DNA of 64,000 nucleotides from Eledone cirrhosa (Eukaryota): assembly GCA_964016885.1 (NCBI GenBank), contig OZ024740.1, positions 442,246,001 through 442,310,000 on the forward strand, given 5' to 3'. Positions 1 to 11,550 of the stretch are shown piece by piece. Made by a program: the position numbers and the translations under genes. Position 1 is the stretch's first letter. Each line of letters starts with the position of its first letter. The notes under the pieces were generated by a model that was given only the letters and a program-made list of their open reading frames with translations, was not told the origin of the DNA and ran no database searches.

Positions 1-698
1 GTCCTGCTTCGTGTCTTGCGGTTGGGGGCGTCGGGCACGGGATGGTTGATATCACCCTCTGAGACCGCTACTAGTACCGGGTTTCCTCCCATGGTTATGT
101 GTACGCGTGCCCCTCGCCAATGTGGTGGTGTCAGGTTCATGGTGTTTAGTTGTTTTTACTCTGCTTGTATTGTTAGGGTCCCCCCTCCCAGATCCCGTGG
201 GTCGGGGTGTCCGTTGGGTTATCTCCGCAATGGCGCCTCGGATTATATGATATATCTTGGCCATGCGCCGCCTTATTTAGAGCTGCGTTGTAATATTCCG
301 CGTTGCTATCGAAGATCTCCTTATTTGCGGACAAGCTGGAGATCCTGTCCGAGACACTATTCACTACGGCCTTAATTATGGATCTAGGGTGGTTTGACTT
401 GGCGTTAACATATACCAGTTTCTCGTTGGGCTTGTGATAGGGGTAGTATTGCTCGGTTTTCAGGTTTAGGGTGGTGTCTAGGAAGTTAACTACCTTTCTA
501 TTTGGGTCTAGTTCGATATTGAGCCCATGGCTCTTAAAGAACTGCCGAATACGCCTCTTCATTCTCTCCACCATAGTGGTGCTGTGGTCATAGACTGTGA
601 AGAGTGTATCGTCACGATACAATCCGCCGCCCACACAGGGGATTTCATCTTTTATCTGCTTCAGCAGGAATAGCCCGACGAGGTCCGTTACCTGTGCT
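1..698 (-). mobile_element. Penelope-like retroelement fragment: C-terminal half of reverse transcriptase plus thumb/linker
   Basis: ORF 173..778 from AQVTDLVGLFLL contains GLYRDD, VNFLDTTLNL, YPYHKPN and YVNAKSNHP, typical PLE RT/thumb motifs. Homology ends at 698, where AT-rich DNA begins. Confidence 0.88.
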
Positions 699-1020
699 CT
701 TTGTATAGAGGAAATATTCTTTATATTAAAAAGCAAAAATTCTGTGAATTTAAGGAACAATCTTTTCCGTTGCTGCAAACGTAGATTAAATTCAACGTTT
801 AAATATAAATTTAAAATGTAATATATAACTCATCTTATTAAACCTATCGATAAATCATTAGATTCCTTCATACGACGGCCAAAAACTCTCTTAAATGAAG
901 AAAAGTTTTTTCCTTAAAGTTTTTCCTTGAAAATTCTTCAAGATAAACATACTGAAAGTTTTTTTAAAAATGGGTATAAAAAATTAAGATAAACATACTG
1001 AAAGTTTCTAAAAAACAGTT

Positions 1021-1626
1021 TTTTTTTGTTAATTCCTCTGATAGATATAAACAATTATAATTCATATTTTATGCTGTGTTTTTTCTATATATTCTTATAT
1101 ATATTTTAAAAATTATATTGCTTAAAAATTACATATTTTTAGAATTATATTGCTTTAAAATTACATTGCTTAAAAATATAATTCCTTTTAAAATTATATA
1201 ATTATATCTTTTTTAAAAATTGTAATTCCTTTTAAAATTATAATCCTTTTAAAAATTATAACTCATATTTTATTTTATATTATGTATTTTGTATTTATAT
1301 ATATATATATATGTATATGTGTATATGTATATGTGTGTATATGTATGTATATATATATATGTGTGTGTATATATGCGTATGTATACATGTATGTATGTCT
1401 GTGTATATGTGTATATATATCGAAATGTAAAATTTGAATACATTCTATCAATGAACTCATATAAACCGTTTTTACGGTTTATGCTTTAGATATATTCTTA
1501 TGAAAAACTTTAAACATTAAAACGTTATAGTAAACAAACTTATATTTTAACAGTCACAACTGTATAACAGGTGGGTTTATAAAAAATATATAAAATTTAT
1601 AAAATTATAACTTACTATAAAATAAT
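1021..1626 (+). repeat. AT-rich ~600-bp dispersed repeat, copy 1 (direct copy at 11551..12130)
   Basis: Alignable by eye from ttttttgttaattcctctgat to aacttactataaaataat with 11551..12130. Confidence 0.85.
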
Positions 1627-1920
1627 ATAAGGTTCTCTTATAACCTTAACTTTTTTATCATCTTAACATTTATCCTTAGAGCTATCTAAATTACAAATAA
1701 ATCAATTAATTTTCCCTCACGCTGTATTGCTATTACTAAGAAGAGATTTTTCTTCGGTAAAATCTCTGAACATTCCTATATTTTAAACATATATTTTGTT
1801 ATTTCTTATAAGTGTTATTGTTAATTGAAAAATTAATAATTAATTGTTGGTTGATGATTAATAATAAATTTATGTAAGGTGATGTAATAATAACATATAT
1901 TTTAATAATATTTTTTGATA

Positions 1921-1990
<70 letters not shown>

Positions 1991-2443
1991 ATATATATAT
2001 TCTTTTAATAATATATAGATCTCAATAATTTAATCAAATTTAAACATTAGATAAAATTCTCCGGTTATTACTATTTATTTATTTATTTATCCACGCTTTA
2101 TTTACTCCGCGTAATTCATCCACTATATATTTATCTTTTCGCTTCATCATCTCATAAAATTACGTTAATACAACACTCTCTCACTTAGGGTTTTCTATTT
2201 TTCTCTTTCTTTTGTTTTTCTTTTGTTTTCCTTCTTTGGGTTTGCTCTTTCTTTCTTTTACTTTTTCTTTTTCCTCTATTCCAACGGCTTAATTTAAATG
2301 TATGGGATTTAAACCTCTCCGACACTAATTTGCATAATAGACCAATAATAAAATTAGTAACCCCACTATCCGGGAGCTTTTGAACCGACATGGTCGCATT
2401 CTTTAAGGGTATGTCAATATTTGTTTATAAAACTGCTCTATAT

Positions 2444-2512
2444 TTTATTTTATCTGATGAAACCGCACCATAATTTGCTTTGGTGTCCTTGAAATATGTA
2501 TAATGAAATAAA
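2444..2512 (+). ncRNA. Minimal type I hammerhead ribozyme motif (PLE pLTR type)
   Basis: ttttat-CTGATGA(2454-2460), stem II gcacca/tggtgt, GAAA(2491-2494), t-atgt-a, TA, then atgaaataaa pairing back as stem I and overlapping an AATAAA. Confidence 0.6.
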
Positions 2513-2544
2513 TATAGTTTCCATTTGTTAATATATTATATATA

Positions 2545-2556
<12 letters not shown>

Positions 2557-2586
<30 letters not shown>

Positions 2587-2606
2587 GATATATAGATAGA
2601 TAGATA
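2557..2606. repeat. (GATA)n/(TATC)n microsatellite at the Tx1 3' junction
   Basis: tagatagata runs directly abutting the element 3' end. Confidence 0.9.
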
Positions 2607-2840
2607 TGTTTCTTTTATTTGCCACCAGGGCATCAAAAGTGGGACAAGTACAAAGGGGGGAGTTTACACAAAAAGGCGTACTCAATAAGGAGGAGGCAGT
2701 AACAATGTATAAAAATAAAATAAAATATAACAAAAATAAAATTTATAACAAAATCCTCAATAGAGAGGAGGCGCCTTGGGGGGGGGGGCACACACACACC
2801 CCCGAAAAAGTGTGCAACCCTTTTCCTCAGGAGCACAGAG
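2607..2840 (-). mobile_element. Tx1-like LINE, 5'-truncated copy (3' UTR only)
   Basis: Near-identical to 2880..3112 and 8736..8965, with GATA repeats on both sides. Confidence 0.92.
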
Positions 2841-3148
2841 ATAGATAGATAGATAGATAGATAGATACATAGATAGATATGTTTCTTTTATTTGCCACCA
2901 GGGCATCAAAAGTGGGACAAGTACAAAGGGGGGAGTTTACACAAAAAGGCGTCCTCAATAAGGAGGAGGCAATAACAAAATATAAAAATAAAATAAAATA
3001 AAATATAACAAAAAATAAAATTTGTAACAAAATCCTCAATAGAGAGGAGGCACCTTGGGGGGTCGCACACACCCCCGAAAAAAGTGTGCAACCCTTTTCC
3101 TCAGGAGCACAGAGAGGGGGTGCTCCCTCGTTCCTTCCTCTTTTCCAC

Positions 3149-6100
3149 CTACAGGCTTATGTAAAGAGAAGGCCCATTCACACGGGCCATTCTCGCCACT
3201 TTCACCCACCTTTCATAAAAACGACTGGGGTGGAGCACCTCTCTCTCCATCCTGATCCTTCTTCCGAAATGATATCGGAAGAAACGGACCAGTTGTTGGC
3301 CAGAGAGAAAGGTGCCTGACCTCAGTCCTTTCAGACGCGTCCACCATACAACCTCTTTCGCCATGGCTATTACGCACAGAAACACCGCCTCTGCTTCATC
3401 TTTGAAGGGGCGAGGCGGCTTGATCATTACAATAGACTCGGTGGTCAACCGGATCGGCCCCACCCTTGACAGCAGTTGTTCGACATAGCCCCACAGATCG
3501 GCTACGCCCGAGCAGTGTACCAATGCGTGTGCAACGGTTTCCTCGTCGCACACGCATCTGGGACAGATCTTTTTGGCGGGGTCCCTACCCGGGCGCCCGT
3601 GTCTGTAGAGCCTTTCTCGAACGGGTAAAGCCCCTCGGTAGCACTGCCAGGCCAGGGACTTCTGGAAGTTGTCCATAGGTCCCGGGCTGAATGTCCTACC
3701 GAACAGGCTGGCCAGTTCGTCCTCCTCCATGTCTAGGGCTTATCCGAGGGCGTCGTCGCACCTGCTGCGTACCAGCCATCTATAGAATGTTGCGGTGGAG
3801 TCTCCACTGATAACCGGATCCGCCTGCCAGAGGGAGGTGAGCGCCTGGGCACACTCAGTGTGCCAGGCGCCCAGTTTTCTCGGTCTTTGCTTGACCCAGG
3901 ATTGCAGCTCGGTGAGTGAGACGAGTCTGGGAAAGGTTCGTCTCACAAACGAGGCCCACACCGGTTGACCGGTGAGGAATACGTAGAGGTGCCGTAGCCT
4001 TAATGCGTGTTTACGCATCATTAGCCACGGCATCCCCAACCCTCCTTTCGAAGGGTGTTGACAGCAGATGGATCTCCTCACCATAGGAGCCCGCCTCTTC
4101 CAAAGGAATTGGAAGAGTGCGCGCTCCATCTTGGTGAGGGTTTCCCTTGGGCAGGGCACTACGGTCAGGTGGTAGATGACGGACGCTATGTAGGTGTTCG
4201 CCACCTCCGCCCGACCTTTCAGGGATAGTTTGCAACTGGCCCACTTCTGGGTCAGTGCAAACACCCTGTTCGTAACCTCCGCCCAGTTTATCTCCACCTG
4301 GAGGTCCGGTCCGAACCAGACCCCGAGCAACTTCACCGGGCCCTCCGTCCAGCGTCCGACGACGCCATCGGAGGGCATCGGTCTGCCCCTCCACGTGCCG
4401 AGTTGCAAACCGAACGACTTGTCCCGGTTCAGCTTAGCCCCTGTGAACTTTTCGTACTCCTCCAGTAAGGTGCCGACCGCCTCGATTTCGGAGGCCGTCG
4501 ACACCATTACTGTCACGCCATCGGCGTAGGCCGACACCGCTTTCCGTAATCCCGGTTCCAAAGGGATGCCCTGCAACAACTCCAACTTCCGCAGTAGTGG
4601 CTCGAGAGTCAACACATACAGAAGGGAGGAGAGAGGGCACCCTTGTCGGATGGACCGCGCGATTTTGAACGGCTCCGAGAGGTAGCCGTTCACCTTGACC
4701 CTAGAGCAGATACGGCTGCTGTGTATAGCAGTGATCCAGCCCCTAAAAACGGGTCCGAAGCCTGCCGCCGCTAGCACCGCATCCAGATAACCATGGTCGA
4801 CCCTATCGAACGCCTTAGATGGATCCAAGTTGATCAGAGCCCCACCAAAGCCGGGTTCGTTCCCAACCCTCTCTATGATGTATCGCATGAGGTGGAGGTT
4901 GTCATGGATGGACCTGGACGGGATAGCGCATGTCTGCGCATCTCCCACCAGGTTGCCCACGACAAGCGTCAACCTCTTTGCTAGCACCTTGACCAAAATC
5001 TGTAACTCTGTATTTAGCAGAGTTATGGGCCTGAAGTTACTTATTTCGTCCCCCTTGTTCTCGTCCTTCCTCACTAGCGTGACTACGCCCTTGGTCACAG
5101 TACAGGGAATTCTCCCGTTCTGTTGCCAGTTGCAGTAGACCGCCTCGAGGAGATCGGGGAACAAGTCCGGCATAGCTAGATATAATTCGCTTGGAAGACC
5201 ATCGAGACCCGGGGATTTGCGTTTGCCGCATTGGCTCAGCACGTCCTCTATCTCAGCGGCCGAAATCGGCTCCTCGCAGGACTTCGCCTCCCTGTCCGAG
5301 AGGCGCGGCAGGCCGTCGAGGTATGGACCGAAGTCCACGTTCCCAACCGGCTCCCCGCCCCTCCCGAACAGTCGGGCAAAGTGCCTTTGAAAGGCCTCAC
5401 ACATCTGCTTAGGCTCAAGAATCGCCCGTCCATCCAGGTCTCGCAAAGACCGGATGGTGGATTTAGTTCCACTGTTGGCCTCTGTCACGCGGGCCCAGCT
5501 AACAGCTTTGGCCCCCTCGTTCCCTAGAGCACGTATTTTACTTCGGACAACGCAGCCTTCGTGCTTCGCGTCGAAAAACTGGCTCAAAGCCGTTCTCGAC
5601 GCTAGCACTCTGGCCACGTCGCCGCTTCTAATAGCCTCTTCTACTCTATCTATTAGCTCCCTTTCCTTCCTATTCCTATCCGCAGCTAGAACCTTACTAA
5701 ATTCTATCGAGACTACTCTAATCTCTCTCTTTAGAGATACCCACCACCTGCTGTTGACGATCGCTCCAGTCAACCGTTCCTTAACTAACGTACTAATCCG
5801 ATCCCTGTAGGCTCTACTTGCCGGCAAGGACAAGTTGAGCTTCCAGTAACCGGGGCCCTGTCTATGCGTTCTATCAAGGTTGACCATGCAGGTCACCAAC
5901 TTGTGGTCTGAATAGCCAACCATGAGCATTTCTGGACAACTTAAAAAGTCCCTGTCCTTATTTCTAACTAAAAATCTATCTAGGTACGACCTAGATGATC
6001 CGCTGCGATTTGACCAAGACCAGGTTGGCACCGTCGGAAAATCTAGTCGAAATCTATCGGCCAGGTCAAATCGGCCGAGTAACCCTTGAGGCTGTTGCAC

Positions 6101-6582
6101 CCCTCTCTATCGGGACATGCCCCTGCATAGTCCCAACGTGCATCCAGGATACCATTCCAATCCCCCACTAAAAGCAGGGAACGGGACGTCCCTAGAAAAG
6201 ACTCCAGACGCTGGAAAAAGTCGGGCCGCTCAGTCCCAAAAGGGGCATATGCGGCTACCAGCCTAAAGGCTCTACCTTCACCACTGCCAAGGTCCAGCAC
6301 CACCAGTCGACCCCCTGGGTCCAAGTGAACTATCTGTGTTGCAAGGCCCATATGTTTTTGCAGCAGAACGACAACCCCACCCCCACCTCCGGGCTGACAG
6401 AGAGATGCGTGCATCTCAAAGTCGTCAAAGGTGGGGGCTAGCTGTCGCATGCTGCTGATCCGGGCCTCGCAGATAACCATCACATTTATAGATTGTGACC
6501 TGAGGTCATTTAGAAGCATTGCTTGCTTCCAAGACGAGCCCAGGCCACGCGCATTTAGACACCCTACTCTTAGCACAGCCAT
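3149..6582 (-). pseudogene. Tx1-like ORF2 (APE endonuclease-RT-zf), disabled
   Basis: EN motifs LNARGL, GDWN, YLDRF, SDH; RT motifs KSPGLDG, FRPITLLN, KAFDRV, RQGCPLS; C-terminal CPRC..ETVAHALVHC. Lesions: frameshift near 6085, catalytic YADD changed to YADG, and a nonsense TAA at 3740 (GAA in the sister copies). Confidence 0.92.
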
Positions 6583-6977
6583 GTTGGTGGTAAGGAGAAA
6601 AGGCACTTACCTCTCTGCGTCCCGGGAAACGGGCCGCTCAATTTCCATGCTGGTTGGGGATGGGTTGTTGGGTGGGGTGGTGGTTTGTGGAAGTGAAGGG
6701 GCATCGGTGTGTTGTGGGGTTGGGGTGTTTGTGGTTGAGTGGGGTGAGGGGGGGGGGTGAACTTTTTTAGGAGGACGCGGTTGATTAGTTTGGCGCAGGG
6801 GGGGGGGGGGCCCACGTCCTCCGTGAAATTTATTTTCAGTGTTTTGTACAAGTACATTGGGACTTTTATCATTTTTAAATGAGGTAGTCCCACAGCAGTT
6901 TTAAAGTTAGGCCCTTCGGTTTGGACCGAAGGGTTTGCTGAAATTGTTTTCCGTAATTCTTTGTTGTCTGTGTTCAT
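6570..6977 (-). pseudogene. Pro/His-rich ORF between ORF1 and ORF2, probably a frameshifted ORF1 C-terminal part
   Basis: 135-aa ORF overlapping the ORF2 start. It lies just downstream of the low-complexity ORF1 tail and homopolymer G runs. Confidence 0.45.
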
Positions 6978-7282
6978 GTATGTATATTGTAAGGTCTTTT
7001 TTTGTGTAGCAGATAGTGTTGTGTGACAGGGAGGGGTGGTTTGTGTGTAGTTTGTGTTCTCTTGGGGGGGGGGGGGGTTAAAGTTAACATTAACATGTGT
7101 GTCTGTGGTGCGTCTCCTCTTCTTTCTTTTTACTTGTTGGAAGGGATCTTTTTCGTCTTGCGACGAAAGGGGTTCGTCTTCCTTGTTGGGTGGGAGGGGT
7201 ATGTTTTCTGGTAGTGTTTGCGGTGTGTGTGTTTTTGTATTTGTTTTGGGTGGGGATGGATTGGGTGGGACGGTATTCTGTG

Positions 7283-8289
7283 TTATTTTTTCACGTGTTT
7301 GTTGTTGTTGTTGTTGTTGTTGTTGTGGTGGTGGTGGTGGTGGTGGTGGTGGTGGTGGGGTTGTTGGTTTTTGTTGTTGTTGTTGTTGTGGTTGTTTTTG
7401 TTGTTGTTGGGGCGGTGTTGGTGTTGGTAGCAGTGTTTTTTCTGTGTGAGCTGGGGACAGGCAGCCCTCAGGTGACCTCTATTGCCACAGAGGTAACAGG
7501 AGGGACGCCTACCCTCCACAATAATGTTGAGGTGGGTACGGTCATCCAGCATGACGCGCTCAGGGATTTGGGCGATGCGTTCTGGCCTTATTTGGGTCAG
7601 AACTTCGATGCTCGTTCCACTGAACGCGTCGCCGGATGCCTTCCCTATTGAAATGAGGTTGTCCTCGTCTAAATTGAGGAAGCCGGTTAGTAACCACCAG
7701 TAGTTTATGTTTGGGGTGATGGTGGTTATCCATATCCTCTGGGTTTTTTTACCCATGTAGGTGGGGAAGAAGGTGTAGTGTGTGGACCGAATTGGCGACA
7801 CAGAGTATTTTTTCGCCGCCAATTCGTCTTTCATCAATATGGATAAACTTCCATAGAGTTTATCCTTTTGTATAAAAGTGATGTCTCTCATCGCGTCTTT
7901 CAAGACTAACTGAATTTCGGCTTGAGATGGTTGCGATGGTTTCTTTGTTTTATTTAAAATTGTTCGGAATACGACAGTTCGTAATTCCGTCTGTTTTTTT
8001 AGTTCTGGAGGTGAATGTATAGAAAACGAACCGTTTTCGCCAAAAGACACATATTTCTTGGCTTTTTCCAGCATTTCTTTTGCTTTTGAAATATCTTCAA
8101 GCACATACGCGACTGATAATTTAGCCGTTTGTGCAAAAGATATTTTGTTTTCGCTTTGGATTTTAGTATTGTTTTGTTTCTCGTCGTTTGAGTTGTTTTC
8201 ATCTTTGTTGTTGTTGTTGTCTTTCTCGTTTGGTGTGTGGATACTTGTGACGTTTGTGTTGTTGTTGTTTTTGTTGTCTTTATTGTTGC

Positions 8290-8320
<31 letters not shown>

Positions 8321-8497
8321 GTTTTCAAATTCTTGTGTAGTTGTGGCTACATCTAGTGGTCGGTCAACAGGTGAAGACAATTCTTCCTCTCTTTGACCTC
8401 TGCCTTTGGCATCTGCTGCTGTGACAGTGGCAGGGGGAAGCTGTGAGTATGACTTCCCCTTTCCTTCTTTGATTGATGGTGAAGATGCTTCAGCCAT
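7283..8497 (-). CDS. Tx1-like ORF1 (gag-like nucleic-acid-binding protein)
   Basis: ATG at 8497 (MAEASS), CYLCGNRGHLRAAC CCHC zinc knuckle, and poly-Asn/poly-His tracts from (AAC)n/(CAC)n; lies upstream of ORF2. Confidence 0.8.
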
Positions 8498-8735
8498 TTT
8501 TCTCAAAATAGGGTTTTTCGAAGTTTTTCGAAAGATAAAATGTTCACAATACTATTTCGCCCAAAGGCGCAGAATATTTTGAGAGACCGACCAGATCAAA
8601 ATTTGACCTGGCAGTCCCTCTACAAAATGGTACAAAAATGAAAGTTTACAGTTTACAATTTCCGTATGAATTTAAACAAAAACTTACCGAGCGAGCTCAG
8701 CACATGTGTCCATCGTAAAGAGAAATAGATAGATA

Positions 8736-10076
8736 TGTTTCTTTTATTTGCCACCAGGGCATCAAAAGTGGGACAAGTAGAAAGGGGGGAGTTTACACAA
8801 AAAGGCGTCCTCAATAAGGAGGAGGCAATAACAAAGTATAAAAGTAAAATAAAATATAATAAAAAATAAAATTTATAACAAAATCCTCAATAGAGAGGAG
8901 GCGCCTTGGGGGGTCGCACACACCCCCGAAAAAAGTGTGCAACCCTTTTCCTCAGGAGCACAGAGAGGGGGTGCTCCCTCGTTCCTTCCTCCTTTCCACC
9001 TACAGGCTTATGTAAAGAGAAGGCCCATTCACACGGGCCATTCTCGCCACTTTCACCCACCTTTCATAAAAACGACTGGGGTGGAGCACCCCTCTCTCCA
9101 TCCTGATCCTTCTTCCGAAATGATATCGGAAGAAACGGACCAGTTGTTGGCCAGAGAGAAAGGTGCCTGACCTCAGTCCTTTCAGACGCGTCCACCATAC
9201 AACTTCTTTCACCATGGCTATTACGCACAGAAACACCGCCTCTCCTTCATCTTTGAAGGGGGGAGGCGGCTTGATCATTACAATAGACTCGGTGGTCAAC
9301 CGGATCGGTCCCACCCTTGACAGCAGTTGTTCGACATAGCCCCACAGATCGGCTACGCCCGAGCAGTGTACCAATGCGTGTGCAACGGTTTCCTCGTCGC
9401 ACACGCATCTGGGACAGATCTTTTTGGCGGGGTCCCTACCCGGGCGCCCGTGTCTGTAGAGCTTTTCTCGAACGGGTAGAGCCCCTCGGTAGCACTGCCA
9501 GGCCAGGGACTTCTGGAAGTTGTCCATAGGTCCTGTGCCGAATATCCTACCGAACAGGCTGGCCAGTTCGTCCTCCTCCATGTCTAGGGCTTCTCCGAGG
9601 GCGTCGTCGCACCTGCTGCGTACCAGCCCTCTCTAGAATGTTGCGGTGGAGTCTCCACTGATAACCGGATCCGCCTGCCAGAGGGCGGTGAGCGCCTGGG
9701 CACACTCAGTGTGCCAGGCGCCCAGTTTTCTCGGTCTTTGCTTGACCCAGGATTGCAGCTCGGTGAGTGAGACGAGTCTGGGAAAGGTTCGTCTCACAAA
9801 CGAGGCCCACAGCGGTTGACCGGTGAGGAATACGTAGAGGTGCCGTAGACTTAATGCGTGTTTACGCATCATTAGCCACGGCATCCCCAGCCCTCCTTTC
9901 GAAGGGTGTTGACAGCAGATGGATCTCCTCACCATAGGAGCCCGCCTCTTCCAAAGGAATTGGAAGAGCGCGCGCTCCATCTTGGTGAGGGTTTCCCTTG
10001 GGCAGGGCACTACGGTCAGGCGGTAGTAGATGACGGACGCTATATAGGTGTTCGCCACCTCCGCCCGACCTTTCAG
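8736..10076 (-). mobile_element. Tx1-like LINE, 5'-truncated copy (~1.34 kb)
   Basis: Highly similar to 2880..4222 (ORFs 9000..9581 and 9633..10058), with GATA repeats on both sides. Confidence 0.93.
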
Positions 10077-10130
10077 AGATAGATAGATAGATACATAGAT
10101 AGATAGACAGGTAGATATATAGATAGATAT
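10077..10130. repeat. (GATA)n microsatellite at the Tx1 5' junction
   Basis: agatagatagatagatacatagatagatag run. Confidence 0.9.
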
Positions 10131-10825
10131 AATTTCTATGACAAAGTGAAAAGTATGTTTAAAAATACTTCAATTCCACCAGTAAATCAGAAGTTACCGT
10201 TTTCTCAATTCTATTCAATGTAATATTTCTGCCAAAGAAAAGTCTATAAATGTAGCAGAATAAAGATATTTTGGCAAGATCTTACCAGAAGCTACGTGTT
10301 TATAGTTATCTACAGGAGAGAATTGTCATGTGGAATATTAACATCGTTTATTTCATCTTTTTTTCTTCGTTACCTTTCTGATAAGTTTCTTCAATTGAGA
10401 GAAATCGAAGAATTATTAGTTCATTTTTTCCCCTTAAAACAATTTTAAAACAGTACAATTCACAATATATCCATCTTTATAGCTGTATCGAGAAAAAAAG
10501 TTTTATTCTCAACAAATCAGGTTAACCTTAAAAGAGGAATATATGACAGAGAAGTAAAATGTAGAGTTTTATTTTATGTTCCTATAAAATTACCCTGGTT
10601 TAAAAGAGTAGATACTGTCTTGGAGGTGTCTTGATTTAATTGTGAATTTAAGTATAAGAAAATCTACTTCTCAACATGAATCTAAAGTCATGTCTACCTG
10701 AGTATCAACACCACCACCACCCCCACCATATATACGTATTTGTGCAACAACAGACTCTCACATGAATACTTAAATACTTACACACATATGTATGTAGACA
10801 TTTGTTTTAATGTTTATATATATAT

Positions 10826-10984
10826 ATAGGAAAAAGTATGACCCCGACGGCAGAGCTCAAGCCGTTTCGACGGTTATTTCTGGACGTCGGGGTCATACTT
10901 TTTCCTATTTCCCACTCTACTACCCTAAGTATTGAGTACTCTGGTGCGTTATCGTCCATCTGGTTCCTTACCAGAATTCCTTTG

Positions 10985-10985
<1 letters not shown>
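10826..10985. repeat. Dispersed repeat fragment with a 24-bp perfect inverted repeat (family also at 17614, 56690 and 58170)
   Basis: ataggaaaaagtatgaccccgacg (10826-10849) and its reverse complement (10885-10908); the core gagctcaagccgtttc is shared with the other copies. Confidence 0.75.
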
Positions 10986-11031
<46 letters not shown>

Positions 11032-11039
11032 TATAGATG

Positions 11040-11090
11040 AGATTCTACGGGACTAGAACTGTTTCATTCTTTAGAAATCATCAGGAATCT
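11040..11090 (-). ncRNA. Hammerhead ribozyme-like motif, partly degenerate
   Basis: Minus strand reads agattc-CTGATGA-tttctaaagaat-GAAAc...gTA-gaatct: 6-bp stem I, short stem II, weak stem III. Confidence 0.45.
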
Positions 11091-11092
11091 GT

Positions 11093-11132
<40 letters not shown>

Positions 11133-11133
<1 letters not shown>

Positions 11134-11250
11134 ATTGTTTCTACTTTAGGCACAAGGCCAGCAATTACCCAGTACATTACTGGTACATTATTTTATCGAC
11201 ACCGTAAGGATGAAAGGCAAAGTTAACCTCGGCGGGATTTGAACTCAGAC
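11133..11250 (-). mobile_element. tRNA-derived SINE, 5'-truncated
   Basis: B box GAGTTCAAATCC and core TTTGCCTTTCATCCTTACGG..TCGATAAAA..GTACCAG on the minus strand; matches 12128..12245. Confidence 0.85.
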
Positions 11251-11300
11251 TATATATACAATAATAATAAATAAATGGAAACTATATTTATAAAACCATA

Positions 11301-11362
11301 TTTATTCTATTATATATATTTCAAGGGTACCAAAACTTTGGTACGCTTTCATCAGATAAAAT
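11301..11362 (-). ncRNA. Minimal type I hammerhead ribozyme motif, paralogue of 2444..2512
   Basis: Minus strand reads tttat-CTGATGA-aagcgtaccaaa/tttggtaccctt-GAAA-t-atat-a-TA-atagaataaa, with a palindromic stem III loop. Confidence 0.65.
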
Positions 11363-11550
11363 ACGAAGTGTGTTTTATAAATGTTGACATAACCAAGAAA
11401 AGATACCTTAACGGTTCAAGTTTTTCTTGGATAGTGAAGGAAAAGAGAAGAAAAGTAAGATATTTCAAATTATTAAGATGAGTATGCAAATGAGGTTGAG
11501 GTATAGCGCTTGTAAATGACTAAGTATAGTGAAGGTTTCTAAAATAAAGG

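Larger units (their letters stand above)
2880..8725 (-). mobile_element. Near full-length Tx1-like (L1 group) non-LTR retrotransposon, ~5.85 kb
   Basis: 5' UTR, ORF1 with a CCHC knuckle, ORF2 with APE endonuclease, RT and C-terminal zinc-binding domain, and a 3' UTR ending AATAAAAGAAACA followed by (TATC)n. Confidence 0.93.

Noticed and set aside
3466-8396. Antisense and alternative-frame ORFs over the Tx1 element (e.g. 7097..7651, 8058..8396)
   Set aside because: Shadow ORFs of GC-rich or trinucleotide-repeat retrotransposon sequence.
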